Both the position numbers and the translations under genes were made by a program. A DNA stretch of 35,070 bases from a bacterium (GTDB lineage Bacteria > CALINM01), in contig JBEQAF010000013.1 in NCBI GenBank assembly GCA_041640455.1, positions 1 to 35,070 of the forward strand. Direction: 5' to 3'. The notes under the pieces are model-generated. The model did no database searches. It had not been told where the DNA came from and saw only the letters and a list, made by a program, of their open reading frames with translations. Shown here one piece after another: positions 17,757-27,732 of this stretch. Position 1 is the stretch's first letter. The number at the start of each line of letters is the position of its first letter.

Positions 17757-18161
17757 TTACTCGGAAATATTAATTACAGACACTGTCCCCTTAGCCACCA
17801 GCTTGCCATCAGGATTGGTGACCGAAACCTCGATGAGCCCGATCTTCTTACCCAGATGAATTATCTTTGCCTTTGCTGTTAAAACCTCACCAACAGATAC
17901 AGGTCTTATGTATTTAACCTCCAGGCTTGTGGTGGTAATTTTTCTCCCCGATGGTAGAAGTTTTCCTGGAAAAAAGGCTATGGTATCAATAAGTGAAGCA
18001 ACTACCCCGCCATGCAGATATGCCATATAGTTGCCCATGTTCTTTTTAACCTTCATGGAACCGAGGGCTTCATCTTCTTCAATTTTAAGGATCTTTATGC
18101 CCAGTAGTTTAACAAAGGCGATGTTCTCGTACTCTTTAATTTTACTGATATCAAAGCTCAT
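17757..18161 (-). CDS. PaaI family thioesterase (hotdog fold)
   Basis: LLGI, N...LHGGVVASLID, YIRP, G.LVAKG. Confidence 0.9.
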   Translation of the reverse strand: MSFDISKIKEYENIAFVKLLGIKILKIEEDEALGSMKVKKNMGNYMAYLHGGVVASLIDTIAFFPGKLLPSGRKITTTSLEVKYIRPVSVGEVLTAKAKIIHLGKKIGLIEVSVTNPDGKLVAKGTVSVINISE

Positions 18162-19060
18162 AGCGTCAGTTCATACATATGATTAAGAGCCTTTCTGGCT
18201 CTATAAATAACATGTTCAGAAAGATTAATTTCCGACTGAAGGTTTTTAAGGGAGTTATAAACATCTTCAAGAGATGTAAGCTTCATATTGGGACAGATAA
18301 GTTTTTTGGAGGCAAGCACAAATGTTTTATGGGGATTTTCTTTTTTTAAACGGTGAAGTATCCCTTCCTCTGTGCCAATAATAAAGATTTTGCTGTCCGA
18401 TTCTCTGCAAAACTTAATAATACCTGAGGTGCTGAGAGCTCTGTCTGCCAGATCAACTACCTCAGGTCTGCATTCAGGATGAACCAGTACCGTTGCTTCA
18501 GGATAAATTTTTTTAGCAGTTAATATATCCTCACCAGTTAATCTCTCATGGGTGGGACAGAACCCATCCCAGCAGATTATATCTTTTTTAACGAACCTTG
18601 ACACATAATGTCCGAGATTTCTATCAGGAACGAAAAGTATCTTATGGCTATCAATTTTTTCAACCACTTTAACTGCATTTGATGATGTGCAACAGCTGTC
18701 ACTTATAGATTTTACTTCTGCTGTGGAGTTTACATATGTGACCACCTTATAGCCTTCATATTTTTTTTTCCATTCAAGAAGAGAGTGATAGTTTATCATG
18801 TCAGCCATAGGACAGCCTGCATCAGCTCTGGGTATAATGACCTTTTTCTCGGGTGATAGAATTTTTGCAGTCTCTGCCATGAAATGAACACCACAAAAGA
18901 TGATAATATCCTCTTTGCAATCTCTGGCTCTTGTGCTTAGCTCGAGCGAATCTCCCACAAAATCGGCAATATCCTGTACTTCAGGGCGCTGATAGTTGTG
19001 GGCTAAAATAATCGCCCTTTTTTTACTTGCCAGAGCTTTTATCTCATCTTTAAGACTCAT
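18158..19060 (-). CDS. nadA: Quinolinate synthase
   Basis: LAHNYQ, GDSLEL, FCGVHFMAE, AGCPMA, YVNS, GFCPTH, HPEC, ICPNMK. Confidence 0.97.
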   Translation of the reverse strand: MSLKDEIKALASKKRAIILAHNYQRPEVQDIADFVGDSLELSTRARDCKEDIIIFCGVHFMAETAKILSPEKKVIIPRADAGCPMADMINYHSLLEWKKKYEGYKVVTYVNSTAEVKSISDSCCTSSNAVKVVEKIDSHKILFVPDRNLGHYVSRFVKKDIICWDGFCPTHERLTGEDILTAKKIYPEATVLVHPECRPEVVDLADRALSTSGIIKFCRESDSKIFIIGTEEGILHRLKKENPHKTFVLASKKLICPNMKLTSLEDVYNSLKNLQSEINLSEHVIYRARKALNHMYELTL

Positions 19061-19125
19061 AAAAAGTTATTATTGTGCTTATGAAATTTTTTTTCAATGA
19101 ATTTTTTAGAAAGTTGTTAAAATTG

Positions 19126-19152
19126 TGATATAATTTCTTAAAACTCAAGGAG
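19126..19152 (+). promoter_or_regulatory. Extended -10 promoter and SD of the trp operon
   Basis: TG-A-TATAAT at 19126-19134; AAGGAG at 19147-19152. Confidence 0.6.
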
Positions 19153-19159
19153 TGATGCT

Positions 19160-20605
19160 ACGAAGCTGAAGGATTTTCTGTCAAAAACTGATAACTTCAG
19201 GATAAATGTGTCCATAAAGGAGACACTGGCTGATCTCGATACACCTTTATCCACCTACAAGAAGGTGGCGGATCGTTTCAAAGATTCTCCCTCATTTCTT
19301 CTTGAAAGTGTTGAGAGCAAGGATAGGCTTGGTAGATATTCTATAATTGGTTTTAAGCCCTTTCTTATCTTTAAAAGCAAAGGCAATCATGTATATCTGA
19401 CAGGCTTAGTAAACGACCAGCTTAAGGTAGATAATCCTTTTGATACTTTAAAGGAGATTCTTAAAAAATTTGATCTTTCGGAATCAGAGATACCTCTTCG
19501 ATTTCCAGGTGGGGCTGTAGGCTACATTGGCTATGATATGATAAGGTTTTTTGAAAGATTGCCAGATCTTAAGCCAAAAAATCTGAATATATACGATATG
19601 TTCTTTGTTTTTCCAGAAATGCTTGTTGTATTTGATAATTTTGCTCATCGCATGTATATTATCTCTCTTTCACCATCCGAAGACGAGGATAGTCATGCCC
19701 GTCTGAAAGAGGTAATAAAACTACTGAAATCTCCCCTTAAACAGGATAAATCAGCCAATTTTCTTATCAAAGATTTAAAGAGCAATATCTCCAAAGAAAG
19801 TTTTGAAGAAATGGTATTACGTTCTAAGGAATATATATGTGATGGTGATATAATTCAGGTTGTTCTTTCTCAACGTTTCAGCGCCGTAGCAGATGTAAAA
19901 GATCTTGATCTTTATCGTGCTCTGAGGGTTATAAATCCTTCTCCATATATGTTTTTTCTCAATTTTAATGAGTTTAGTCTGATAGGTTCATCACCTGAGA
20001 TACTGGTAAGGCTTGAAAAGGGGGTAGTGGAGGTAAGACCCATAGCAGGTACAAGAAAAAGGGGTGAGACAGAAGAGGAAGATAGAAAGCTGGAGGAGGA
20101 TCTACTTGCTGATACTAAGGAGATAGCTGAACACATTATGCTGGTTGATCTGGGAAGAAATGATGTGGGAAGGATTGCGAAAACAGGCTCTGTTTCAGTT
20201 CCTGAATTTATGAAGATAGAAAAATACTCCCATGTAATGCATATAGTATCTTCGGTTAAGGGAGAGATTAAAGATGGGATGGATGCCTTTGATGTATTTA
20301 AAGCTACCTTTCCTGCAGGCACAGTAACAGGTGCACCCAAGATAAGAGCCATGGAGATTATAGAAGAGCTTGAAAATGAAAAAAGAGAGTTTTATGCCGG
20401 CGGAGTTGGATATTTTGGTTACAACGGCAACATGGATTTCTGCATTACCATAAGAACCATGCTGAAGAAGAAAAATAAGATCTATATTCAGGCAGGAGCA
20501 GGAGTGGTTGCCGATTCAGTCCCTGAAAATGAGTATTTTGAGACTATAAATAAAGCAAAGGCGCTTTTTAAATCTTTGACTAATCTGAAAGAGATAATGG
20601 AGTAA
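19160..20605 (+). CDS. trpE: Anthranilate synthase component I
   Basis: ADLDTP, FLLESVE, GRYS, QVVLSQR, NPSPYM, PIAGT, FPAGTVTGAPK; start ACG 19160 (SD-supported) or GTG 19208. Confidence 0.95.
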   Translation, partial: TKLKDFLSKTDNFRINVSIKETLADLDTPLSTYKKVADRFKDSPSFLLESVESKDRLGRYSIIGFKPFLIFKSKGNHVYLTGLVNDQLKVDNPFDTLKEILKKFDLSESEIPLRFPGGAVGYIGYDMIRFFERLPDLKPKNLNIYDMFFVFPEMLVVFDNFAHRMYIISLSPSEDEDSHARLKEVIKLLKSPLKQDKSANFLIKDLKSNISKESFEEMVLRSKEYICDGDIIQVVLSQRFSAVADVKDLDLYRALRVINPSPYMFFLNFNEFSLIGSSPEILVRLEKGVVEVRPIAGTRKRGETEEEDRKLEEDLLADTKEIAEHIMLVDLGRNDVGRIAKTGSVSVPEFMKIEKYSHVMHIVSSVKGEIKDGMDAFDVFKATFPAGTVTGAPKIRAMEIIEELENEKREFYAGGVGYFGYNGNMDFCITIRTMLKKKNKIYIQAGAGVVADSVPENEYFETINKAKALFKSLTNLKEIME

Positions 20606-20611
20606 CCATAT

Positions 20612-21202
20612 ATGCTTCTTATGATTGATAACTATGATTCCTTTACCTATAATCTGGTTCAATATTTTGGAGAGCTTGGTGAACAGGTGGTTGTATTCAG
20701 AAACGATGAAGTAGGTATAAAGGAGATAGAAAAGATGAAACCTGAGAAGATCGTAATTTCTCCTGGACCTTGTAGCCCCAAAGAAGCTGGCATATCTGTG
20801 GAAGTTATAAGACATTTTGCAGGAAAGATCCCCATACTGGGAGTGTGTCTGGGACATCAGTCAATAGGTTTTGCCTTCGGGGGAGAGATTATTAAGGCAA
20901 AATGCCTTATGCATGGCAAAACATCTCTTATATTTCATGATGGTAAAGGAGTTTTCAAGAACGTAGAAAACCCCTTTGAAGCCACACGATATCATTCTCT
21001 GGCTATAAAAAAGGAGAGCCTTTCTCAGGAATTTGAGATATCTGCCTGGACGGTAGATGGGGAGATTATGGGCATCAGGCATAAAAGCTTACCCATAGAC
21101 GGTGTGCAGTTTCATCCCGAGTCTATTCTTACCAGAGAAGGGAAGAAGATTCTTAAAAATTTTCTTATACTGTCAAAAAATTTCTGGGAGGCTGAAAGAT
21201 GA
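20612..21202 (+). CDS. trpG: Anthranilate synthase component II (glutamine amidotransferase)
   Basis: [33 protein letters not shown]. Confidence 0.95.
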   Translation: MLLMIDNYDSFTYNLVQYFGELGEQVVVFRNDEVGIKEIEKMKPEKIVISPGPCSPKEAGISVEVIRHFAGKIPILGVCLGHQSIGFAFGGEIIKAKCLMHGKTSLIFHDGKGVFKNVENPFEATRYHSLAIKKESLSQEFEISAWTVDGEIMGIRHKSLPIDGVQFHPESILTREGKKILKNFLILSKNFWEAER

Positions 21203-22254
21203 TCAGAGAAGCCATTCATAAGGTAGTTGACCGAATAGATCTGGAAGAGCAGGAGATGGTAGAGGTGATGAACGAGATAATGAGCGGGGAAGCCACACAG
21301 GCACAGATAGGTGCTTTTATAACCGCACTACGGATGAAGGGAGAGACGGTTGATGAGATTACTGGCGCCGCAAGGGTAATGAGGGAGAAAGCGTTAAGAA
21401 TACCCGTTGAAGGTGTTGATGTGGATATTGATAGAGATGACATAAACATAGACAGAGAAACTATCCTTGATACCTGTGGTACCGGTGGAGATGGTACCCT
21501 TACTTTTAATGTTTCTACTGCTACTGCCATTGTAATAGCCAGTGCGGGGATAAAGGTGGCAAAGCATGGCAACAGGTCTGTGTCAAGCGTGTGTGGCAGT
21601 GCAGATGTGCTGAAAGAGCTGGGTGTTAACATTGAGGCTACACCTGATACGGTATCAAGATGCATAAAAAAGGTAAATATTGGCTTTCTGTTTGCTCCCA
21701 CATTTCATGGGGCCATGAAATATGCCATAGGTCCCAGAAGGGAGATAGGTATAAGAACTATTTTTAATATTCTTGGTCCTTTAACCAATCCAGCAAATGC
21801 AAAATATCAGCTACTTGGTGTTTATAGAGAGGAGCTATGTGAAGTGCTGGCAAATGTGCTTCTCAGACTTGGTGCGAAAAGGGCTATGGTTGTTCATGGG
21901 CTTGACGGGATGGATGAGATAACTGTTACTAAGGATACAAAGGTTTCTGAGCTTATTGACGGGAAGATTAAAAATTATTTTATCAGCCCCACACATTTTG
22001 GTATGCCTATTTATGATTTTGCAGAGCTCAAAGGTGGATCGGCTGCTGACAATGCAAGAATTATAAGAGAATTATTTGAAGGCAGGGAGAAGGGTGCTAA
22101 AAAAGCTATCGTTATTTTGAATGCTGGAGCAGGTTTGTATATTGCCGGAAAAGCAAAAAACATAAAAGATGGAATAAAACTGGCAGAAGAGCTTATAGAC
22201 ACCGGTAAAGCTTTAAAGACCCTTGAAAATCTTATAAAAGAAAGTAATCTATGA
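21199..22254 (+). CDS. trpD: Anthranilate phosphoribosyltransferase
   Basis: [34 protein letters not shown]. Confidence 0.97.
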   Translation: MIREAIHKVVDRIDLEEQEMVEVMNEIMSGEATQAQIGAFITALRMKGETVDEITGAARVMREKALRIPVEGVDVDIDRDDINIDRETILDTCGTGGDGTLTFNVSTATAIVIASAGIKVAKHGNRSVSSVCGSADVLKELGVNIEATPDTVSRCIKKVNIGFLFAPTFHGAMKYAIGPRREIGIRTIFNILGPLTNPANAKYQLLGVYREELCEVLANVLLRLGAKRAMVVHGLDGMDEITVTKDTKVSELIDGKIKNYFISPTHFGMPIYDFAELKGGSAADNARIIRELFEGREKGAKKAIVILNAGAGLYIAGKAKNIKDGIKLAEELIDTGKALKTLENLIKESNL

Positions 22255-23036
22255 GCTTTTTATCCCATATTTCAAAGATTAAGCGGGAGCTTGTAAGGGA
22301 AAAAAAATCAAAGATTCCGCTTGCTGAGATTAAAAAAAAACCCTTTTCTGAAAAACGCGCCTTTTATGAGACTTTTTCTGAAAGATTTCCATTAAAACCT
22401 AAGATTATAGCGGAGGTGAAAAAAGCTTCTCCTTCAAAAGGTATATTAAGAGAAGCCTTTGACCCCCTGAGGATTGCCAGAATTTATGAAGATAATGGTG
22501 CTTCTGCTATCTCGGTAATTACGGAAGAGCAGTACTTTCAGGGATCTCTCGAATATCTGAAAAACATAAGATCCGTTTCCCGTCTACCGCTTTTAAGAAA
22601 AGATTTTATTGTAGATGAGTATGAGATATTTGAAGCAAAGGCTTATGGTGCCGACTGTGTCCTGTTAATATCCGAAATGCTTGATAGGTCTCAGATAAAA
22701 GATTATCTGGCAATATGCAGGGAGATCGGGCTTGACCAGCTCATAGAGGTACATGGAGAATCTGCCTATGAGAAACTGGCAGATCTATCGGGGTACCTGT
22801 TGGGCATTAATAATCGGGATCTTGAGTCACTGAAGATTGATGTTAGTAATGGTCTGAATCTGCTGAAAAAAATTCCTCCTTATCAGCCCGTAATTATCGA
22901 GAGTGGCATAGAGGAGAAAGAGTTGATAAAAAAGTATCTTTTAGCAGGGGTATCAGGGTTTCTCATCGGCACATCTTTTATGGTTGCAGAAGATATCGCA
23001 TCAAGATTGAAAGATTTTCTGGATGTAAGTTTATGA
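22251..23036 (+). CDS. trpC: Indole-3-glycerol phosphate synthase
   Basis: [32 protein letters not shown]. Confidence 0.96.
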   Translation: MSFLSHISKIKRELVREKKSKIPLAEIKKKPFSEKRAFYETFSERFPLKPKIIAEVKKASPSKGILREAFDPLRIARIYEDNGASAISVITEEQYFQGSLEYLKNIRSVSRLPLLRKDFIVDEYEIFEAKAYGADCVLLISEMLDRSQIKDYLAICREIGLDQLIEVHGESAYEKLADLSGYLLGINNRDLESLKIDVSNGLNLLKKIPPYQPVIIESGIEEKELIKKYLLAGVSGFLIGTSFMVAEDIASRLKDFLDVSL

Positions 23037-23662
23037 TAAAAGTTAAGATATGTGGCATTACAAGGCTTCAAGATGCACTGATGGCTATAAAATTTGGCGC
23101 CCATGCGGTGGGTTTTATTTTTTTTAAAGACAGTAAAAGGTATATAGAACCAGATAAAGCAAAAGAAATTATATTAAAGCTACCTCCCTTTGTTGTAAAG
23201 GTTGGTGTTTTTGTTGATGAAGATGAGGAAAGGATTGCAGAGATATTTAGTTACTGTAATCTGGACAGGATTCAGTTACATGGAGACATAGATATGGAGT
23301 TGAAAAAAATTCCATCTCCAAAGATTATTCGGGCTTTCAGGATAAAGGATAGCTCTGACATAGAAAGGGTTGCTAAGAGTAAATATTTTCCGCTTCTTGA
23401 TACCTATTCCGATAAGCTATATGGCGGTACAGGAGAGAGATTTGATTGGAGTCTATTAAAACATTTAAAAAGAGATTATATTCTTGCTGGTGGTATTAAT
23501 CTTTCAAACCTGAAAGAGATTTTTAATATCAGACCCTATGCAATAGACATCTCCTCGGGGGTGGAAAAAGAGCCAGGAGTGAAAGACGAAAAAAAGATGT
23601 TTGAATTTTTTAATTATTTAAGGCAAAATCAGAATAATTTTATTCAAGGAGATTTTGATTAA
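23033..23662 (+). CDS. trpF: Phosphoribosylanthranilate isomerase
   Basis: [28 protein letters not shown]. Confidence 0.96.
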   Translation: MIKVKICGITRLQDALMAIKFGAHAVGFIFFKDSKRYIEPDKAKEIILKLPPFVVKVGVFVDEDEERIAEIFSYCNLDRIQLHGDIDMELKKIPSPKIIRAFRIKDSSDIERVAKSKYFPLLDTYSDKLYGGTGERFDWSLLKHLKRDYILAGGINLSNLKEIFNIRPYAIDISSGVEKEPGVKDEKKMFEFFNYLRQNQNNFIQGDFD

Positions 23663-24846
23663 TGAAGTATCTGCCTGATGAGAAGGGCTATTTTGGTAAG
23701 TTTGGCGGGAGATTTGTTCCCGAAACGCTTATGCCTGCAGTTTACGAGCTTGAAAGGGCTTTTTACAAACTGATCAGGGATAAAAAGTTTCAAAAGGAGC
23801 TTAGATATTACCTTGCCCAGTATGTAGGCAGACCAACTCCGTTATACTTTGCCCAGCGGCTTTCTGATAAGCTGAAATGTAAAATATATCTCAAAAGAGA
23901 GGATCTATGTCATACTGGTGCTCATAAGATAAACAATGCTATAGGTCAGTGCCTGCTGGCAAAAAAAATGGGTAAGACAAGAGTCATTGCAGAGACGGGG
24001 GCGGGACAGCATGGAGTGGCAACTGCAACAGCTGCCGCATTGTTTGGGATGAGCTGCACCATCTATATGGGTGAGGAGGACACCAAAAGACAGGCATTGA
24101 ATGTTTTTCGAATGAAATTACTTGGAGCCCAGGTTATACCTGTTTACTCAGGGAGCAAAACATTAAAGGATGCCATAAATGAAGCCCTAAGAGACTGGGT
24201 GACCAATGTAAGGAATACCCATTATGTTATAGGGACTGTATTTGGACCCCATCCTTATCCCCAGATGGTAAGAGAGTTTCAATCGGTTATCGGATCAGAA
24301 GCCATAAGGCAGATTAAAAAGCTTGAGGGAGAGCTACCCGATTATGTGGTAGCCTGCGTGGGGGGCGGAAGCAATGCTATGGGTATATTCTACCCCTTTT
24401 TAAATCATAAGATGGTTAAACTGGTTGGAGTTGAGGCAGGTGGACTGGGAATAGATACGGGAAAACATGCGGCAAGATTTAGCGGTGGTAGTGTGGGTGT
24501 TTTTCAGGGTACCAAAAGCTACCTGCTGCAGGATCAGGATGGGCAGATTCTTACAACCCATTCGGTATCTGCAGGACTTGATTATGCCAGTGTTGGACCT
24601 GAGCATGCCTATCTTTTTGAGTCCGGTAGAGCCCAGTATACCTATGCTACCGATAACGAGGCATTATATGCCTTCAGGCTGATGGCAGAGATGGAGGGGA
24701 TTATACCTGCGCTCGAAAGCAGTCATGCTATTGCCTATGTGATAAAAAATGCTAATATTTTAAGAGGTAAACTTGTTCTTGTAAACCTTTCTGGAAGAGG
24801 TGACAAGGATGTATCCCATGTAAGCGAGATAATAAATGAAAAATAG
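23662..24846 (+). CDS. trpB: Tryptophan synthase beta chain
   Basis: [41 protein letters not shown]. Confidence 0.98.
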   Translation: MKYLPDEKGYFGKFGGRFVPETLMPAVYELERAFYKLIRDKKFQKELRYYLAQYVGRPTPLYFAQRLSDKLKCKIYLKREDLCHTGAHKINNAIGQCLLAKKMGKTRVIAETGAGQHGVATATAAALFGMSCTIYMGEEDTKRQALNVFRMKLLGAQVIPVYSGSKTLKDAINEALRDWVTNVRNTHYVIGTVFGPHPYPQMVREFQSVIGSEAIRQIKKLEGELPDYVVACVGGGSNAMGIFYPFLNHKMVKLVGVEAGGLGIDTGKHAARFSGGSVGVFQGTKSYLLQDQDGQILTTHSVSAGLDYASVGPEHAYLFESGRAQYTYATDNEALYAFRLMAEMEGIIPALESSHAIAYVIKNANILRGKLVLVNLSGRGDKDVSHVSEIINEK

Positions 24847-25636
24847 AATTGAAGAAACTTTCAGAAAATTAAAAAATGAGGGGAAAAAGGCTTTTATCCC
24901 ATATATTACAGCAGGTGATCCTGATCTCGAAAAAACCTATGAAGCCCTTTGTTTTTTTGCAGAAAATGGCGCTCATATAATCGAGCTCGGTGTTCCCTTT
25001 TCAGACCCCATGGCAGATGGAGAGACCATTCAGAGAGCCATGGAGAGGGCATTAAAATCAGGAACCAATCTTAGGAAGATACTGGCTCTTGTAAAAAGGT
25101 TTAGAGAAAAATATCAAACATCAATAGTTCTTATGGGTTACTATAACCCTTTTTATCGTTACGGGCTTACAGATTTTGCAAAAGATGCGGCGGATGCAGG
25201 TGTTGACGGGATATTAACAGTAGACCTTCCGCCAGAAGAAGCACGGGAGTTTGTAAATATTCTAAAAAAGCAGAAGATTATATCGGTTTTCCTGGCTGCG
25301 CCAACCTCAGATGAAAGCAGGCTATTAAAAATTAAGACCTATGCATGCGGCTTCTTATACTTTGTTTCTGTAACTGGTGTGACCGGAGAGAGAGACAGTT
25401 TATCCTTAGATATAAAAACGCAGATAGAAAATTCAAAAAAATTTACCGGTCTTCCTGTGGTTCTCGGCTTTGGTATCTCCTCGCCAGATATAGTTAAAAA
25501 GTTTATCTCCCATGTAGATGGTGTGGTGGTTGGTAGCGCCCTTGTTAAAAGATGGGAAAAATATGTGAGCGGAGAAGATAAAGAAGATTTTATAAATTTT
25601 TTCAATATCATGGCTAAAAGTTGTAATTTAAAATAA
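24836..25636 (+). CDS. trpA: Tryptophan synthase alpha chain
   Basis: [37 protein letters not shown]. Confidence 0.97.
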   Translation: MKNRIEETFRKLKNEGKKAFIPYITAGDPDLEKTYEALCFFAENGAHIIELGVPFSDPMADGETIQRAMERALKSGTNLRKILALVKRFREKYQTSIVLMGYYNPFYRYGLTDFAKDAADAGVDGILTVDLPPEEAREFVNILKKQKIISVFLAAPTSDESRLLKIKTYACGFLYFVSVTGVTGERDSLSLDIKTQIENSKKFTGLPVVLGFGISSPDIVKKFISHVDGVVVGSALVKRWEKYVSGEDKEDFINFFNIMAKSCNLK

Positions 25637-25653
25637 ATCTTTTTGGGGGTTTT

Positions 25654-26424
25654 ATGCAGATTGAGGTCTTAGGCTGTTATGGTGGTGTAGATCCAAAGCA
25701 TAACCCGGTCACCTTTCTGCTTGATAATAAAATACTGCTCGATGCAGGCACAGTTGTATCTCCGCTATCTCTTGAAAGGCAGAAGAAGATTCAGGCAATT
25801 TTTATCACCCACTCCCATCTTGACCATATTAAGGACCTCTGTTTCCTTGCAGACAACTTTGTTATGATGGGGAAGGGACCCATAACAGTATATGGTATAC
25901 CAGAAGTTCTTGATATGATTAAAAAATATGTAATGAACAATAAGATCTGGCCTGATTTTTTTGAGATAAAGGGGAAGAGAGGGAAAAAGGTTTTGGCACT
26001 ATGTCCCGTAAATATCGGACAGGAGATAAAAATAAACGGCGGCTATAGCTTTGAAGCAGTTAAAACCAATCACTCCATTGATTCTTCAGGATTTATTGTT
26101 GGAAAGAATGGTAGATATTTTGTTTATACTGGCGATACAGGACCATGCCCCGGGCTTATTGACAGGCTTAATAAAATAGATGATCTCAGGGCGCTTTTTA
26201 TTGAAGTTTCCTTCCCCAGTAGTCATAAGGAGCTTGCCCTGATAACCAAACATCTGACACCTTCACTTCTTTTGGAAGATCTCAAGAATCTAAAACATAA
26301 AAAAATCAAGATATACATTTTTCATATCAAACCACCTTTTAAAGAACAGATTGAGCAGGAGTTATGCGGTCTTAAAAACAGTAAGATTATTCTCCTGGAA
26401 GACGGAAGCAAGATTAAAATTTAG
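25654..26424 (+). CDS. Metallo-beta-lactamase fold 3',5'-cyclic nucleotide phosphodiesterase (class II-like)
   Basis: VLGCYGG, LDAGT, THSHLDHI, IWPDF, YTGDTG, EVSFP, HLTP, HIKP. Confidence 0.82.
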   Translation: MQIEVLGCYGGVDPKHNPVTFLLDNKILLDAGTVVSPLSLERQKKIQAIFITHSHLDHIKDLCFLADNFVMMGKGPITVYGIPEVLDMIKKYVMNNKIWPDFFEIKGKRGKKVLALCPVNIGQEIKINGGYSFEAVKTNHSIDSSGFIVGKNGRYFVYTGDTGPCPGLIDRLNKIDDLRALFIEVSFPSSHKELALITKHLTPSLLLEDLKNLKHKKIKIYIFHIKPPFKEQIEQELCGLKNSKIILLEDGSKIKI

Positions 26425-26463
26425 TTTGCCTTTTTAAGCATTCTCTATATAATTACTCTGGCT

Positions 26464-27732
26464 ATGAAAGAGAAGGTTTTAAATTATCTCTATGGATTAG
26501 AAAAATACGGCATTCTACTTGGGCTGGATAATATTCATATCCTTATGTCCCTTCTAAGTAATCCGCATAAAAAGATTAAGACCATTCATGTGGTTGGTAC
26601 AAACGGCAAAGGATCTACCTGTGCCTTTCTATCCGAGATACTGATTAGCGCAGGCTACCGTGTTGGTGTTTATACATCGCCACACCTGATAAGATTTAAT
26701 GAAAGAATCAGGATTAACAATAGACAGATCAGCAACAGGGATATAGAGAGGTTAGCCCTTGAAATCAAAGAGATGATTGATAAATCTGCCTTTAAAGACA
26801 GACCCTATACCTTTTTTGAGGTTACCACTGCCCTTGCATTTCAGTATTTTTATGAAAAACAGGTCCAGATTGCTATCATAGAGGCAGGGCTGGGAGGCAG
26901 GCTGGATGCTACAAACGTGTTAACTCCCGAACTAACCATAATCACCAATATCGGTCTGGAGCACAAGGAGTTTCTGGGCGATTCCATTGAAAAAATAGCC
27001 TTTGAAAAGGCATCAGTTATTAAGGAAAAGGTACCTGCCATTACAGCCTGCGATACCGCTGAGGGGCTTAAAGTGATAAAAGAGATTGCGAAGCAAAAAA
27101 AAGCCTCTCTTTATATACTGGGAAAAGATTTTAATTTTTCAGAAAAAGGGCTTTATGACTTTGGTTATTCAGGTATAGGGAGAAATATAGAAAATCTGAT
27201 GCTAAAAAATCTTGTTGGGATAAACCAGTTTAAAAACGCTTCTCTGGCACTGGCTGCCGCAGAGATTTTGATGGAAAAGGGATACCGAATATCTGATCTG
27301 GCATTGAAAAAGGGGATAAGAAACGCCAGATGGGAAGGAAGATTTGAAATAATAAGAAAAGAACCGCCTTTCATTATCGACGGAGCTCACAATCCTCATG
27401 GAGTTACCGCTCTGGTTGAGAATTTAAAAAGATTTTATCCAAGTAAAAGATTTATCTTTGTAATAAATGTGCTCAGAGATAAAGATATGTCAGAGATGAT
27501 AGGGCTGTTCAGAGATCTGGCATTAAAGATCTTTGTTGCACCAAACAAAAATGAGAGATCTTATAGCTATAATGAGCTAAAAAAAAGATTTGGAAAAGAA
27601 AAAAACTTTTCTGTTTTTAAAAATATCCCTCTGGCGCTTAAATCGGCTCTTTCTTCAGACCAGCCCCTAATATTCACTGGTTCCCTTTACGGCATAGGAG
27701 AGGCTAAGGAATTTTTAAAAGATGAAATATAA
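26464..27732 (+). CDS. folC: Dihydrofolate/folylpolyglutamate synthase
   Basis: GTNGKGS, YTSPHL..FNERI, EAGLGGRLDATN, DGAHN, TGSLY. Confidence 0.96.
   Translation: MKEKVLNYLYGLEKYGILLGLDNIHILMSLLSNPHKKIKTIHVVGTNGKGSTCAFLSEILISAGYRVGVYTSPHLIRFNERIRINNRQISNRDIERLALEIKEMIDKSAFKDRPYTFFEVTTALAFQYFYEKQVQIAIIEAGLGGRLDATNVLTPELTIITNIGLEHKEFLGDSIEKIAFEKASVIKEKVPAITACDTAEGLKVIKEIAKQKKASLYILGKDFNFSEKGLYDFGYSGIGRNIENLMLKNLVGINQFKNASLALAAAEILMEKGYRISDLALKKGIRNARWEGRFEIIRKEPPFIIDGAHNPHGVTALVENLKRFYPSKRFIFVINVLRDKDMSEMIGLFRDLALKIFVAPNKNERSYSYNELKKRFGKEKNFSVFKNIPLALKSALSSDQPLIFTGSLYGIGEAKEFLKDEI

Noticed and set aside
19079..19141. Rex-like TTGTGA/TTATGAA half-sites between nadA and trpE
   Set aside because: Second half-sites are poor or mis-spaced; AT-richness and the overlapping promoters explain them
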